This document shows positions 20,819 through 31,068 of a DNA stretch of 64,000 nucleotides, piece by piece. The stretch lies in the sequence record PZ452609.1; one strand, 5' to 3'. A model generated the notes under the pieces. The model had not been told where the DNA came from. It saw nothing but the letters and a program-made list of their open reading frames with translations, and did no database searches. Within the stretch, counting starts at the first letter, position 1. Every line of letters starts with the position of its first letter. The DNA comes from a phage. The translations under genes and the position numbers were made by a program.

Positions 20819-21888
20819 TTAACCAACACCCAATCTTTTTAGGTGGTGAGAGAAAGACATTTGACTCACTTAATAAGCACTACCCAAAAATCTTTGAGCT
20901 ATATAAACAACAAAAAGCGCAAGACTGGTCAGAAGATGAGTTTCCTTTTGAACAATCACGTCTTGATTTTGAGAGTGTGCCAGCATCAATGTCAGGTGTA
21001 ATGCTTGAGATTCTTAAGTGGCAGTGGGAAGCAGATACCCAAGTTGCTAAGAGCTTGGCATTCGCCTTTGCACCATTCATCTCTGATGACATCTATGCAA
21101 CTGCAATTATGAAGCAGTCTGAGATTGAAAACCTACATGCTCTTACTTACTCAGAGATTGTAAGGCAATGTATTAAAAACCCTGAAACAATCTTAGATGA
21201 GATTAACCAGAATGTTGCTGTACAAGACCGATTAAAAACTGTGAATCGTGTTCTTGAAGAATTACTGGATGAAGGTATAAACTATCGCCTGAGTTATGTC
21301 CGTGATTCACTTCTTGACAAAGACCCTTTACACTTCCATAAAGTGATTCTGAAAGGGCTGTTTGCAGTGACTGCACTTGAAGGTATATCTTTTATGGCAT
21401 CCTTTGCATGTACTTTTGCACTTGATGCTCAAGATAAATTTCAGGGTATTGCTCAAGCTGTCCAGAAAATTATGCTTGACGAAATCCTTCACACTAAAAT
21501 TGATATTGAAGTTTTAAAAGAAACTTTAAGAGATGATGAGTGGCAGAAAGCTTTTCAACAAATTCTTCCAGAGATTAAAGTAATCTTAGATGAAGTAGTT
21601 GAAAGTGAAGAGAAATGGTCGTATTATATCTTCTCTGAAGGACGTGCTGTAGTTGGGTTAAATACAAAACTTCTTCATGAGTGGGTTTACTATAATGCTG
21701 CCCCACTGTATGATATGTTTGGTATTCCCAGAGATTTTGTAGCTCCTAAAGAACCACCTTTGAAGTATATGATTAAGAAGATGGAAATTGATAAAGAGCA
21801 GAATGCTAATCAGGAGCAACAGAACGGTGCGTACCTGTTGAATACTGTTGTAGATGATTTGAATAGTGGATTTTTAGAGGTTCCTTAA
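20815..21888 (+). CDS. nrdB: ribonucleoside-diphosphate reductase beta subunit
   Basis: Ferritin-like ORF downstream of nrdA; start at MINQHPIF with AAAGGAG RBS. Confidence 0.8.
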   Translation: MINQHPIFLGGERKTFDSLNKHYPKIFELYKQQKAQDWSEDEFPFEQSRLDFESVPASMSGVMLEILKWQWEADTQVAKSLAFAFAPFISDDIYATAIMKQSEIENLHALTYSEIVRQCIKNPETILDEINQNVAVQDRLKTVNRVLEELLDEGINYRLSYVRDSLLDKDPLHFHKVILKGLFAVTALEGISFMASFACTFALDAQDKFQGIAQAVQKIMLDEILHTKIDIEVLKETLRDDEWQKAFQQILPEIKVILDEVVESEEKWSYYIFSEGRAVVGLNTKLLHEWVYYNAAPLYDMFGIPRDFVAPKEPPLKYMIKKMEIDKEQNANQEQQNGAYLLNTVVDDLNSGFLEVP

Positions 21889-22130
21889 TGACTTATGTGA
21901 TTTACTCCAAAACTGGATGCCCTCAGTGTGAGACTGCAAAGAATTTTGCAAAAACTCGTGGTATTGACCATGTTGTGAGAATGTTAGGGCAGGATTATGA
22001 ACTGTCAGACCTGATGGATATTGCACAGATGCCAGTTCGTCAGATGCCATTCATCATGAAAACTGATGGACAAAACCTAAAGCCTGTTGGGACGCTACAG
22101 AATTTTATGGCAGAGGTGAATAATGCTTAA
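21888..22130 (+). CDS. glutaredoxin/NrdH-like redoxin
   Basis: 80 aa with CPQC active-site motif near N-terminus, adjacent to RNR genes. Confidence 0.65.
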   Translation: MTYVIYSKTGCPQCETAKNFAKTRGIDHVVRMLGQDYELSDLMDIAQMPVRQMPFIMKTDGQNLKPVGTLQNFMAEVNNA

Positions 22131-22329
22131 ACGCATTTGGGAAGGTTTGGTTGTTGATGCACCAGCTATTGTGATTGGTATGCTGATTGTTAACCTATTT
22201 ACTGATTTTGAACAAGGTTCATTGTTTGGGGCCATGTTACTATGGGTTATCTTTGAAATATTAGAGATACAGTTAGGCATCACTGAAAAACTTAGAAAAC
22301 TCGTTTCTAAGTTTTCTAAAAAGATTTAA
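22123..22329 (+). CDS. small hydrophobic protein
   Basis: 68-aa hydrophobic ORF. Confidence 0.3.
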   Translation: MLKRIWEGLVVDAPAIVIGMLIVNLFTDFEQGSLFGAMLLWVIFEILEIQLGITEKLRKLVSKFSKKI

Positions 22330-22333
22330 AATG

Positions 22334-22359
22334 AAAGGGTCTCTTCGGAGACCTTTTTA
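22334..22359 (+). terminator. rho-independent terminator (UUCG-type loop)
   Basis: aagggtctc-ttcg-gagacc then ttttt. Confidence 0.6.
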
Positions 22360-22377
22360 GCATGTAAAGGGGCAATA

Positions 22378-24522
22378 ATGAACAAAGTACAGATTATTAA
22401 AAAGAACGGCTCACTTGAAGAACCCGATATCAAAAAAGTTTTAGCAGCAGTAGCTAAGTCAGCTAACAGGGTTGGATATAAAGAACTTCCACCAGATGTT
22501 ACCCAAGCTCTTGAGTCAGCATTTATGAGGATTTTGGTAAAGTCCACTAAGCAGAATAATTTGCTTATCTCGGTAAATGATATTCACAGTATTGTTGAAG
22601 GTGCTTTGGCAGAGGTCAATCACGAGATTTATGAGTCTTACTCAACATACAGAAATTACCGTAAAGAGGTTGCTCAAAATTGGGACGAACTCTACCAGAA
22701 GACTAAAGATACACTCTTCTTAGGTGACCGTGAAAATGCTAACTTTGACAGCAGTTTAATTTCTACGAAAGGTTCAATTATCCGTGGTTACCTGACTAAA
22801 GAAATCTTTAAACAGTATCATCTAACACCAGAGGAACTTGAAGCCATTGAGAAAGGCTTTATCTATATCCACGATTTGAGAGACCTGATTTTTGGTGGTA
22901 TTAACTGTTGCCTGTTTGACATTGGTAAAGTACTAAAAGGTGGCTTTGAAATGTCCGGCATTGAGTACTGTGAACCTAAATCTGTACTGTCAGCGTTGCA
23001 GGTTATTGGTGACGTAGTACTTTCAGCAACTGCACAGCAATTTGGTGGTTTTACTTTAGCAGAGATTGATAAGGTACTTGTACCGTATGCTAAGAAGTCT
23101 CTACGCTATCATGCTGAGAAAGCATCATCTTATGGTATTCCTAAAGAGCATTACCACAATTATGTAATGGAGCAGTTACAAATTGAACTGACTCAAGGTT
23201 TTCAGTCACTTGAGATGAAACTAAATACCGTACCTTGTAGCCGTGGTGATTTTGCATTCACAACTTTAACATTTGGTTTACTTGACTCAGATATGTCTAA
23301 TGAGGATAATCGACTACAATACATGATTGCAAGTACTCTCCTAGATGTTCGTATGAATGGACAAGGCAAGAGTAAAAAACCTGTTGTATTCCCTAAACTG
23401 GTTTATATTTATGACCAGAAGAGACATGATGAGAATATCTGTCAAGGTCACCTGTACAGTAAAGCTATTGAGTGTTGCTCTAAAGCAATGTACCCAGATT
23501 TCTTAAGTGTGTCTGGTCATGGTGCTGTAGCAGAGGCTTTTGAGCGTTCTGGTAAGGTAATTTCACCGATGGGTTGCAGAGCCTTCTTATCTCCATATTT
23601 TAATGAGGATGGGGAAGAGTTTTACGTTGGTCGTGCTAACATTGGTGCTGTATCTTTGAACTTGCCAATGATTTACCAGTACTCTAAAGAGAATGGTTTA
23701 GATTTCTGGAAAGAGCTTGATAAGTACCTAGAGATGATTCGCAACTTCCACAAGAAACGCTACGAAATGATTGCTAATATGCCAGCAAGTTCTAACCCTC
23801 TTGCGTTCACACAAGGTGGTCTGTACAAAGGAACTAAGAAACCTACTGACAAGGTTGGTTGGGATATTGTGAAGTCCTTCACAGCTTCTTTTGGTGTTAC
23901 TGCGCTTGATGAGTTGTCTGTTCTTGCTGAAGGTAAACGACTTCATGAAGTTGGAAGCTATAGTTTTGCATATGATGTTCTGGCATACATTAACATGAAA
24001 ACCGAAGAGTTTAAAAATGAAGATGGCTTCTTATATGCCGTCTATGGTACTCCAGCAGAATCACTATGTGGGACTCAGCTAAAACAGTTCAGAGATATGT
24101 TTGGGGTTATCAAAGGTGTTTCCGATAAGGAATACTTTACAAACAGTTTCCATATGAATGTTGCAGCAGACATCTCACCATTTGAGAAGCAGGACTTAGA
24201 AGAGCCATTCTTCCATATCTGTAGAGGCGGTAGAATCCAGTATGTAAGAGTAGCTAACCCAGAAAACTTATCAGCACTTAAGAGCTGTATTACAAGAGGG
24301 ATGTTGAAAGGTTTCTATCAGGGACTTAACTTTGACTTAGCAATCTGTGAACATTGTGGTAACAGGCCAAAGGCTGATGTTGAAGAATGTGAAGTTTGTC
24401 ACTCACATGATATCTCTGTGATTAACAGGGTGTGTGGGTATCTTGGATGGACTAAGATTAAAGGTGAATCCCGAATGAACGATGCAAAAATCGCTGAGAT
24501 TCGTGACAGAGTTTCTATGTAA
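22378..24522 (+). CDS. nrdD: anaerobic ribonucleoside-triphosphate reductase
   Basis: 714 aa; C-terminal Cys cluster and glycyl-radical motif RVCGYLG. Confidence 0.85.
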   Translation: MNKVQIIKKNGSLEEPDIKKVLAAVAKSANRVGYKELPPDVTQALESAFMRILVKSTKQNNLLISVNDIHSIVEGALAEVNHEIYESYSTYRNYRKEVAQNWDELYQKTKDTLFLGDRENANFDSSLISTKGSIIRGYLTKEIFKQYHLTPEELEAIEKGFIYIHDLRDLIFGGINCCLFDIGKVLKGGFEMSGIEYCEPKSVLSALQVIGDVVLSATAQQFGGFTLAEIDKVLVPYAKKSLRYHAEKASSYGIPKEHYHNYVMEQLQIELTQGFQSLEMKLNTVPCSRGDFAFTTLTFGLLDSDMSNEDNRLQYMIASTLLDVRMNGQGKSKKPVVFPKLVYIYDQKRHDENICQGHLYSKAIECCSKAMYPDFLSVSGHGAVAEAFERSGKVISPMGCRAFLSPYFNEDGEEFYVGRANIGAVSLNLPMIYQYSKENGLDFWKELDKYLEMIRNFHKKRYEMIANMPASSNPLAFTQGGLYKGTKKPTDKVGWDIVKSFTASFGVTALDELSVLAEGKRLHEVGSYSFAYDVLAYINMKTEEFKNEDGFLYAVYGTPAESLCGTQLKQFRDMFGVIKGVSDKEYFTNSFHMNVAADISPFEKQDLEEPFFHICRGGRIQYVRVANPENLSALKSCITRGMLKGFYQGLNFDLAICEHCGNRPKADVEECEVCHSHDISVINRVCGYLGWTKIKGESRMNDAKIAEIRDRVSM

Positions 24523-24676
24523 AACTTGACATGGTGGTGTGAGTCTTGATAGGCTTACATCACCTTTTTTATTGGATGTTAGATATGGCAGAGAGTATTA
24601 TTGGGTTGTTCATAGGTTCTGTCTTACTAGGGTTCTTTTTAGGACTCTCTTATTGTGAATTAAGAGGCAAGTTAAA

Positions 24677-24877
24677 ATGTTTAAAATATCAAAAGCGTTG
24701 ATATACATTCTCCACATTCTAATCTTCTTCTTTGGGGTTAGTGTTATGGTATGGGGTTTTTCAGACCCACAATGGAGTTTCGCATATCAGGGTCAGATGG
24801 ATTTATGGTCATGCTTCAAACCATTTTTAGGGTTAGTCATAGCATTCAGTGCATTGCCAACTAAGGTGAAATTATGA
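24677..24877 (+). CDS. small membrane protein
   Basis: 66-aa hydrophobic ORF. Confidence 0.3.
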   Translation: MFKISKALIYILHILIFFFGVSVMVWGFSDPQWSFAYQGQMDLWSCFKPFLGLVIAFSALPTKVKL

Positions 24878-25269
24878 TTAAGTTGAACAAAAAACAGTTA
24901 GAGTGGATTAAAGATTATGCCTCAGAGTGTGGCTCTTGCGAAAAGAATCACGTAAGATATTCAACATTCCATACGACCTTCACATTGTACATCAGCGACA
25001 ACGTTCTAAGTGATTCCGTAGAAGATGGCGTAGCGTTACCTAATGAATTGCTTGACAAATTAGCTGTAGTCTCTGGAACTTGGTCTGAAGAAGACGGTCA
25101 TGAATTATCTAACGATGTTGTCTTCTACACTCTTGAAAACATTATGAATCCAGAGTACATTATACTAATGACTTGTGCACAAGATTGTGTGCCATTACAA
25201 AACTTCATTAAAGAACACTGCGAAGAATTTATTACTAAACAGGTTCCTTGTCAGGTGGTGTTTGAATGA
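24874..25269 (+). CDS. hypothetical protein
   Basis: 131-aa ORF. Confidence 0.4.
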   Translation: MIKLNKKQLEWIKDYASECGSCEKNHVRYSTFHTTFTLYISDNVLSDSVEDGVALPNELLDKLAVVSGTWSEEDGHELSNDVVFYTLENIMNPEYIILMTCAQDCVPLQNFIKEHCEEFITKQVPCQVVFE

Positions 25270-25565
25270 GTAAAACAATTCGAAGAAAAGGTTTAAAGAA
25301 CGTTCATGGACTCTATGAGTGGAGAAATGAGGTACGTAACAGAGAAAATGCTTCAGATGTCTACTTCCATTCTGATATGATGTCCAGAAAAGGTGGCTCT
25401 TACGACTTCACAAGCCAGCCTTGTAGAGAGATTAAGAAGGCCACTAAACGTCTTACAAGAACACAAATAAGGCAGCTTTCTAAGACATCCTTCTTAGATG
25501 AAGATTTTGATATTGATAGCAAGTCTCCAAAGAAAGCCGCTAAGAACACTTATATGTATTGGTGA
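25266..25565 (+). CDS. hypothetical protein
   Basis: 99-aa ORF. Confidence 0.35.
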   Translation: MSKTIRRKGLKNVHGLYEWRNEVRNRENASDVYFHSDMMSRKGGSYDFTSQPCREIKKATKRLTRTQIRQLSKTSFLDEDFDIDSKSPKKAAKNTYMYW

Positions 25566-25574
25566 GGTAACTAG

Positions 25575-26060
25575 ATGAATTACATGGAGATTCGACCATT
25601 TGACACAGCTAATGGTGAAGGGGTTCGTGTAAGCCTCTTCGTAGCTGGTTGTAAGCATCACTGTGAAGGTTGCTTTAATAAGGAATCTTGGAAGTTTAAT
25701 GCTGGTAAAGAGTTCACTTATGCAAACCTTTATGGCATCATTAAGTTAATGGATGATAATGCCATCAGTGGGCTGTCAATACTTGGTGGAGAACCTCTAG
25801 ATGATAGAAATATTCAAGAGGTTACCAACATATGCAAACGTATTAAAACCGTTTACCCAGAAAAATCTATCTGGCTCTGGACAGGTTTTCAGTTACATGA
25901 AAAAATTCACCTTGATGTGATGAAATATGTTGACGTGGTGATTGATGGTAAGTATGATTCATCTAAACCAACAGTTAAACCGTATCGTGGTTCAGATAAC
26001 CAAAACCTCTGGAGAAAAGAGTACGGATGGCAAGGTGATTGTCAGTGGAGAGCAGAGTAA
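25575..26060 (+). CDS. nrdG: anaerobic RNR activating protein (radical SAM)
   Basis: N-terminal CKHHCEGC (CxxxCxxC) radical-SAM cluster motif. Confidence 0.8.
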   Translation: MNYMEIRPFDTANGEGVRVSLFVAGCKHHCEGCFNKESWKFNAGKEFTYANLYGIIKLMDDNAISGLSILGGEPLDDRNIQEVTNICKRIKTVYPEKSIWLWTGFQLHEKIHLDVMKYVDVVIDGKYDSSKPTVKPYRGSDNQNLWRKEYGWQGDCQWRAE

Positions 26061-26184
26061 ATCTCGTTATAAAGTAGGTTATCGGTAAAAGCCACTTTAC
26101 AATGTTCTACAGAACAAACTTAACCGTTGGTATCACTGAAGAAGAACTTAAAACATTTTGTGAAAAGATTGAGAGAGATATGAA

Positions 26185-26448
26185 ATGGGACTCTGGAATA
26201 GTTTTAAATCAAAAGTGAAAGCAGCACTAGCTTCATTAGGTATGCTCACTGGTGTTGATGTGACTCATCTTATGCAGAACTTCAAGATGGATGAGAAACT
26301 GGCTAATGAGATTATGAAAAGCATCTATGTAGGCCGTGGCAAAGGTGGTAAGAAGCAAGCCCATCGTCCGACTGGTGCAGCAGCAATTAAACGCGCAGCT
26401 AAGAAAGCTCGTAACCGTAACCGTAAACGTAATAAGAAGGCTAAATAA
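26185..26448 (+). CDS. small basic protein
   Basis: Lys/Arg-rich C-terminus (KRAAKKARNRNRKRNKKAK). Confidence 0.35.
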   Translation: MGLWNSFKSKVKAALASLGMLTGVDVTHLMQNFKMDEKLANEIMKSIYVGRGKGGKKQAHRPTGAAAIKRAAKKARNRNRKRNKKAK

Positions 26449-26450
26449 TC

Positions 26451-26771
26451 ATGAGCAAAGTTTATAACACTCGTAAATTACAGATTTTCTTACTGTGCCA
26501 GTTTATGGCTAGAGAACATAACTCCTACTATTGTGGTACAGGATTCATTAGTGATAATGATGGCTCATATCTCCCATTCAAAGAGGCTGTAAAACTCTTC
26601 AATGAAGAGAAAAGCTCTGAGAAAGATATTGAAAAGGTTAAATTAACCTATAGTAAGAAAGATAAGAAGATTATCTGCCTAGATAACTTTGTGAAAGTTA
26701 CCAAAGAAACTAAAGAGTTAATGGAAGAAAGTGAAATTCCATTCACAAGAATCTTGAAAGTAGCTCAGTAA
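26451..26771 (+). CDS. hypothetical protein
   Basis: 106-aa ORF. Confidence 0.35.
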   Translation: MSKVYNTRKLQIFLLCQFMAREHNSYYCGTGFISDNDGSYLPFKEAVKLFNEEKSSEKDIEKVKLTYSKKDKKIICLDNFVKVTKETKELMEESEIPFTRILKVAQ

Positions 26772-26822
26772 ACAGATACTATAAGGGGACTGTAAAGGTT
26801 CCCTTTTTATTTTGGAGGTAAA

Positions 26823-27338
26823 ATGTATCTGTCAAACCTGAAACGTTCGGTTGCAATGTCAGTTCTAAGACTCAGCTTTGATGAGCGTCAAGAGTTTATA
26901 GACTCCCACAAATATGACCCTTCAAATTCTAATCACATGGTTCTTTGGAATCGTGGTAACTTACGTGAAAGAGCACTTGTCCGTTATTACCCACACTACA
27001 CAATAGATAACCTGTATGAATGGTGTGTTGTGAAGAACACCATTGCAACACTGAACAATCTTTGCAGGTATACGGGTAAGCAAATATTTACATTAGGTCA
27101 TCACAAACCTGTTACAAAAGGTGGTGAACATCACTGTGCAAACTGGTTTATCCAAACTAAAGCTGATAACCAGAAGCAAGGAGATAGCCTCCTAAGTATC
27201 CCTAAGATGACCTATGAAGAGCAAGAGAAATATATCAAAAATAATATGCCAGATGTGCTTGACAACAACTATACAGATTTGGCAATATCTCTCCTGTTGA
27301 AGTTCGAGACAGTTTATAGGGCAACTTATAATGACTAA
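26823..27338 (+). CDS. putative HNH endonuclease
   Basis: GHHKPVTKGGEHHCANW..N HNH-like motif. Confidence 0.4.
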   Translation: MYLSNLKRSVAMSVLRLSFDERQEFIDSHKYDPSNSNHMVLWNRGNLRERALVRYYPHYTIDNLYEWCVVKNTIATLNNLCRYTGKQIFTLGHHKPVTKGGEHHCANWFIQTKADNQKQGDSLLSIPKMTYEEQEKYIKNNMPDVLDNNYTDLAISLLLKFETVYRATYND

Positions 27339-27609
27339 AGAAAAGTGGGAGATTTTACCATTAGTCAGTGAAGGAGGTAATGGTTGTGAAATGTACATGA
27401 TACGTGGTCATGTTCCAGAGCCAATTGCACTTGAGATGGTAAACAACTTTACAGATGGTTCTTACAAAGACTTAGGCGAACCAACTGTCAAGCAACAATG
27501 GGTTAAACCTGTACCAGACAGCACAGGTAACTGTAGTGTACTTTATCACGTTGTAGACCCTGCAAAATGCAAATCTGCAATGGCAGTAACAAACGTAACT
27601 TTTGATTGA
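27331..27609 (+). CDS. hypothetical protein
   Basis: 92-aa ORF. Confidence 0.35.
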   Translation: MTKEKWEILPLVSEGGNGCEMYMIRGHVPEPIALEMVNNFTDGSYKDLGEPTVKQQWVKPVPDSTGNCSVLYHVVDPAKCKSAMAVTNVTFD

Positions 27610-27620
27610 GAGAGAAAACT

Positions 27621-28502
27621 ATGAAAACATCTATCCGTGTTACAGTTCATTCACCAACTAAAGGGACTCATGAAGAAGAGTTTAACATCGTCCAATTCCC
27701 TTCTGGTGAGATTGGTGGACACTTTTCGCCAGAGTTTGTTGATTTTACTGCTTATGCAGCATCATCCATCAACAATGTGATTATGATTGTAAAAGGTTAT
27801 GACAAGGACACATTGTTTGCTGTGGCACTTGCTAAAGAAGCAATTGATGATTTAATTCCTCATGATTATGCTTTAAAGACTGTCATCTTTTACTACTTAC
27901 CAAATGCACGATATGACCGTCACATGTTTAAAGGTGACGCAGCAGCTTTAAAGGTTTTTGCTAAACAGATTAATGCAATGGGATTTGGCGCAGTCTGTGC
28001 AGTTGACCCTCACAGCTATGTACCAGATAACCTGTTTAACTGCTTCCAGAGTATTCCTCAAAAGGAGATTGCAGTCCACTATGCAAATGACCCACTGGTT
28101 GATTACTTAGTAGCCCCAGATGCAGGTGCTGCTAAGAAGGTTGCAGAGACCGCTAAAGAGGTGGATAAACCATATATCACAATGTCTAAGGTGCGTAACC
28201 TTAAGACTGGTGAAATTACTGGTATGCGAATCCTTGATGATGTTGATTTGACAGATAAAACCGTCATGATTCTGGATGATATCTGTGATGGTGGTCGAAC
28301 CTTCATAGAAGCAGCTAAGCATCTCCGTGAAGCAGGTACAAAACGTGTGGAACTCTATGTAACACATGGTATCTTCTCTAAAGATGTTGAAAACCTTCTT
28401 GACAATGGTATTGACCATATCTACACTACAAACTCTTTAGGGGAAGCTAAAGACCGTGGCTTAACACATTATGGTCAAGTTACTGTAGCAAACCTTGATT
28501 GA
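27621..28502 (+). CDS. ribose-phosphate pyrophosphokinase (Prs)-like enzyme; candidate ADP-ribose pyrophosphokinase
   Basis: PRPP-binding-loop-like ILDDICDGGRT; ATG start with GAGAGAG RBS; immediately upstream of the Nampt-like gene. Confidence 0.7.
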   Translation: MKTSIRVTVHSPTKGTHEEEFNIVQFPSGEIGGHFSPEFVDFTAYAASSINNVIMIVKGYDKDTLFAVALAKEAIDDLIPHDYALKTVIFYYLPNARYDRHMFKGDAAALKVFAKQINAMGFGAVCAVDPHSYVPDNLFNCFQSIPQKEIAVHYANDPLVDYLVAPDAGAAKKVAETAKEVDKPYITMSKVRNLKTGEITGMRILDDVDLTDKTVMILDDICDGGRTFIEAAKHLREAGTKRVELYVTHGIFSKDVENLLDNGIDHIYTTNSLGEAKDRGLTHYGQVTVANLD

Positions 28503-28511
28503 AACTTTATA

Positions 28512-28532
28512 GGGGCTTAAAAGCCCCATTTT
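28512..28532 (+). terminator. rho-independent terminator
   Basis: ggggcttaaaagcccc then atttt. Confidence 0.5.
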
Positions 28533-28547
28533 GAGAGAGATTAAAAG

Positions 28548-30329
28548 ATGACTAAATCACTTTATGCAGTACCAGCAGGTTTAAATGCAGATGCTTACAA
28601 ATCTGGTCATGTTTACCAGTATCCTAGTGCAACAGAATACTTGATGTTCAACCTGACACCACGTAGTGATAAATGGTTTAACAGCCCTTTAGCAATTGAC
28701 GGTGTAGTGGCTTTTGGTATTCAACGTTTTGTTAAAGATTACTTGATAGACCACTGGAATGCCACTTTCTTTGAACGTGATAAAAAAGAAGCCATTGATG
28801 AAATCTTAGAAGTCATGAATGGTGTTCTGGGTAAAGATGCTATCGGTCGAGAGCATTGGGAAGCACTTCACGACTTAGGTTATCTACCAGTTGAAGTATA
28901 CGCTGTAGAAGAAGGCACAGTTGTTCCAATGCGTGTCCCGATGATTGTCTTTCAGAACACTGTTTCAGGTTTTCATTGGGTAGCAGGTTATCTGGAAGAT
29001 GCTTTCTCTGCTGAAATTTGGAAGGCTTGCACCATTGCAACTATTGCATTGCATTACAAACGCATCTGTAAGAAGTGGGCTGACCTTACTTGTGACAATG
29101 ACTTACATTTACCTTATCAGTGCCATGATTTTGCTATGCGTGGTATGTCCGGCTTTACTGATGACGCATTTAACGCTGTAGGTCACTTAACCAGCTTTAA
29201 AGGGACTGATAGCTTCCCTGCTGTATACACGGCTAAACGAATCTATGGACAGTCCTACCCAATCTCTGATATTGGTAGCTCTGTACCAGCCACTGAGCAC
29301 TCTGTAATGTGTGCAAACATTGCTTGGGAAGGTGGTAATGAGTTGATTGAAGAAGAAAGACGCTTTAAAGGTGAGTTACAAACCTTCCGTCGTTTCTTAA
29401 CAGAAACTTACCCAACAGGTATTGCAAGTATTGTTTCAGATACTTATAACTTCTGGAGAACTGTGTCAGAAATCTTACCAGCACTTCGTAAAGAAATTAT
29501 GGAACGTGATGGCAAACTGGTAATTCGCCCTGACTCTGGAGACCCTGTACATATTGTCACAGGTTATAAAGCAATCCACTTAGAATGTGCTAAGAAGGCT
29601 TATTACGAGCACCTAAGCAAGCTGGAAGTCAGTGACACAATGTTGAATGCTGTTCTTAACATGAAGCTTGAAAACATCAACTATGGTATTGCTGGATGGC
29701 TACTGTCAGAAGGCTACGAAATGGTTGTTGACAGAGAAGACTTTGAAGTTGCTGATACAGTGATGTTGAAGAACGCTTATATGGTTGGTTCTGCAAACGT
29801 TGTAACACGCCCTGTAGCAGAGATTGATGGAGCTATTAAGACCTTGTATAACATCTTTGGAGGAACTATCAACTCTAAAGGTTTTAAGGTACTGGATGAG
29901 CACATTGGACTTATCTATGGCGACTCTATCACGTTGGAACGTGCAAACGAAATCCTGAAGCGTCTGTATGAAATGGGGTTTGCAAGCTCTAACGTGGTGT
30001 TTGGTGTAGGCTCTTACACTTACCAGTACATGACTCGTGACACCTTTGCATTTGCTGTCAAAGCAACTCTTGCAAGCATTGGTGGCAAAGAGATTATGCT
30101 TGCAAAAGACCCTAAAACAGATAGTGGTGTTAAGAAATCTGCCTTTGGTGGTGTAGCACCTATGTGGGATGGTGAGAATTTGAAAGCTGTAGATGGCTAT
30201 GGATTCCAGAGCTTTGCAGATGCACTTGAACATCCAGCTTGTGCTTTACGTTTAGTCTTTAGCGACTCTGAGCAGTACGGTTACACAACTCTTGGTGATA
30301 TTCGAAATAATATTGACAAGCAGCTTTAA
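28548..30329 (+). CDS. nicotinamide phosphoribosyltransferase (Nampt/NadV) family enzyme
   Basis: N-terminal NADAYKSGHVYQYP matches the Nampt DSYKxxHxxQYP signature; 593 aa. Confidence 0.8.
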   Translation: MTKSLYAVPAGLNADAYKSGHVYQYPSATEYLMFNLTPRSDKWFNSPLAIDGVVAFGIQRFVKDYLIDHWNATFFERDKKEAIDEILEVMNGVLGKDAIGREHWEALHDLGYLPVEVYAVEEGTVVPMRVPMIVFQNTVSGFHWVAGYLEDAFSAEIWKACTIATIALHYKRICKKWADLTCDNDLHLPYQCHDFAMRGMSGFTDDAFNAVGHLTSFKGTDSFPAVYTAKRIYGQSYPISDIGSSVPATEHSVMCANIAWEGGNELIEEERRFKGELQTFRRFLTETYPTGIASIVSDTYNFWRTVSEILPALRKEIMERDGKLVIRPDSGDPVHIVTGYKAIHLECAKKAYYEHLSKLEVSDTMLNAVLNMKLENINYGIAGWLLSEGYEMVVDREDFEVADTVMLKNAYMVGSANVVTRPVAEIDGAIKTLYNIFGGTINSKGFKVLDEHIGLIYGDSITLERANEILKRLYEMGFASSNVVFGVGSYTYQYMTRDTFAFAVKATLASIGGKEIMLAKDPKTDSGVKKSAFGGVAPMWDGENLKAVDGYGFQSFADALEHPACALRLVFSDSEQYGYTTLGDIRNNIDKQL

Positions 30330-30344
30330 AAGTATATGATAAGA

Positions 30345-30365
30345 GGCTCCTACGGGAGCCTTTTT
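30345..30365 (+). terminator. rho-independent terminator
   Basis: ggctcc-tacg-ggagcc then ttttt. Confidence 0.6.
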
Positions 30366-30382
30366 AATTTCTGGAGAATGCT

Positions 30383-30727
30383 ATGGACAACCTTTCCATA
30401 TGGTTTAACAATAAACCTGTACAACCGAAATACTTACAAGTTGCCTATACAGACATCCTTAAAGTTCTCGGTAAAGAAAAGTTTGAAAAGTTTTGTGAAG
30501 GTATCTACAATCACCACTGCCAATTTGCTACAAAAGAAGGTATGTTTGTCATAGAACAGTTCTTTGGCAGAGACCCAGATGACTACGAAGAGATTAGCTT
30601 TGTAATGAAATACATGATAGAGTATATTGAAAATCGTGGATTCGAAGTTAATCCTGAATTTTATGAACATGAGGGTGTACCTTTAGCAAAAGGTTTCGAT
30701 GGCATACTCATTAACTGGACTTGGTGA
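30383..30727 (+). CDS. hypothetical protein
   Basis: 114-aa ORF. Confidence 0.4.
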   Translation: MDNLSIWFNNKPVQPKYLQVAYTDILKVLGKEKFEKFCEGIYNHHCQFATKEGMFVIEQFFGRDPDDYEEISFVMKYMIEYIENRGFEVNPEFYEHEGVPLAKGFDGILINWTW

Positions 30728-31068
30728 AAACTATGAAAATCAAAGAGATGAACATCAACATTATCTTAGAAGAACGTTGGGAGAACATTAAGAAACCTGA
30801 AGATGGTAAAAAGTTCCTTAACAAAATTTTAGTAGCAGCTAAAGAAGAACTGACTGGCAAGATTGCAGCAGCAATCACAATAAAAGTTTGTGTAAAAGGT
30901 CTTCCAGACCATCACCAATTTGCACTTGACGAGTTTAAAAAAAGCTTCTACAATCCAAACAAACAGATGCTTGAAAGTAACTTTGCAGTATCTACAAGTA
31001 TCGTCCATGACAGAAGCTTTATCCTTTACAAAAACATGAGGGGTGAGTCATGCAAGCATATTGGGTAG
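30721..31068 (+). CDS. hypothetical protein
   Basis: 115-aa ORF. Confidence 0.4.
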   Translation: MVKTMKIKEMNINIILEERWENIKKPEDGKKFLNKILVAAKEELTGKIAAAITIKVCVKGLPDHHQFALDEFKKSFYNPNKQMLESNFAVSTSIVHDRSFILYKNMRGESCKHIG

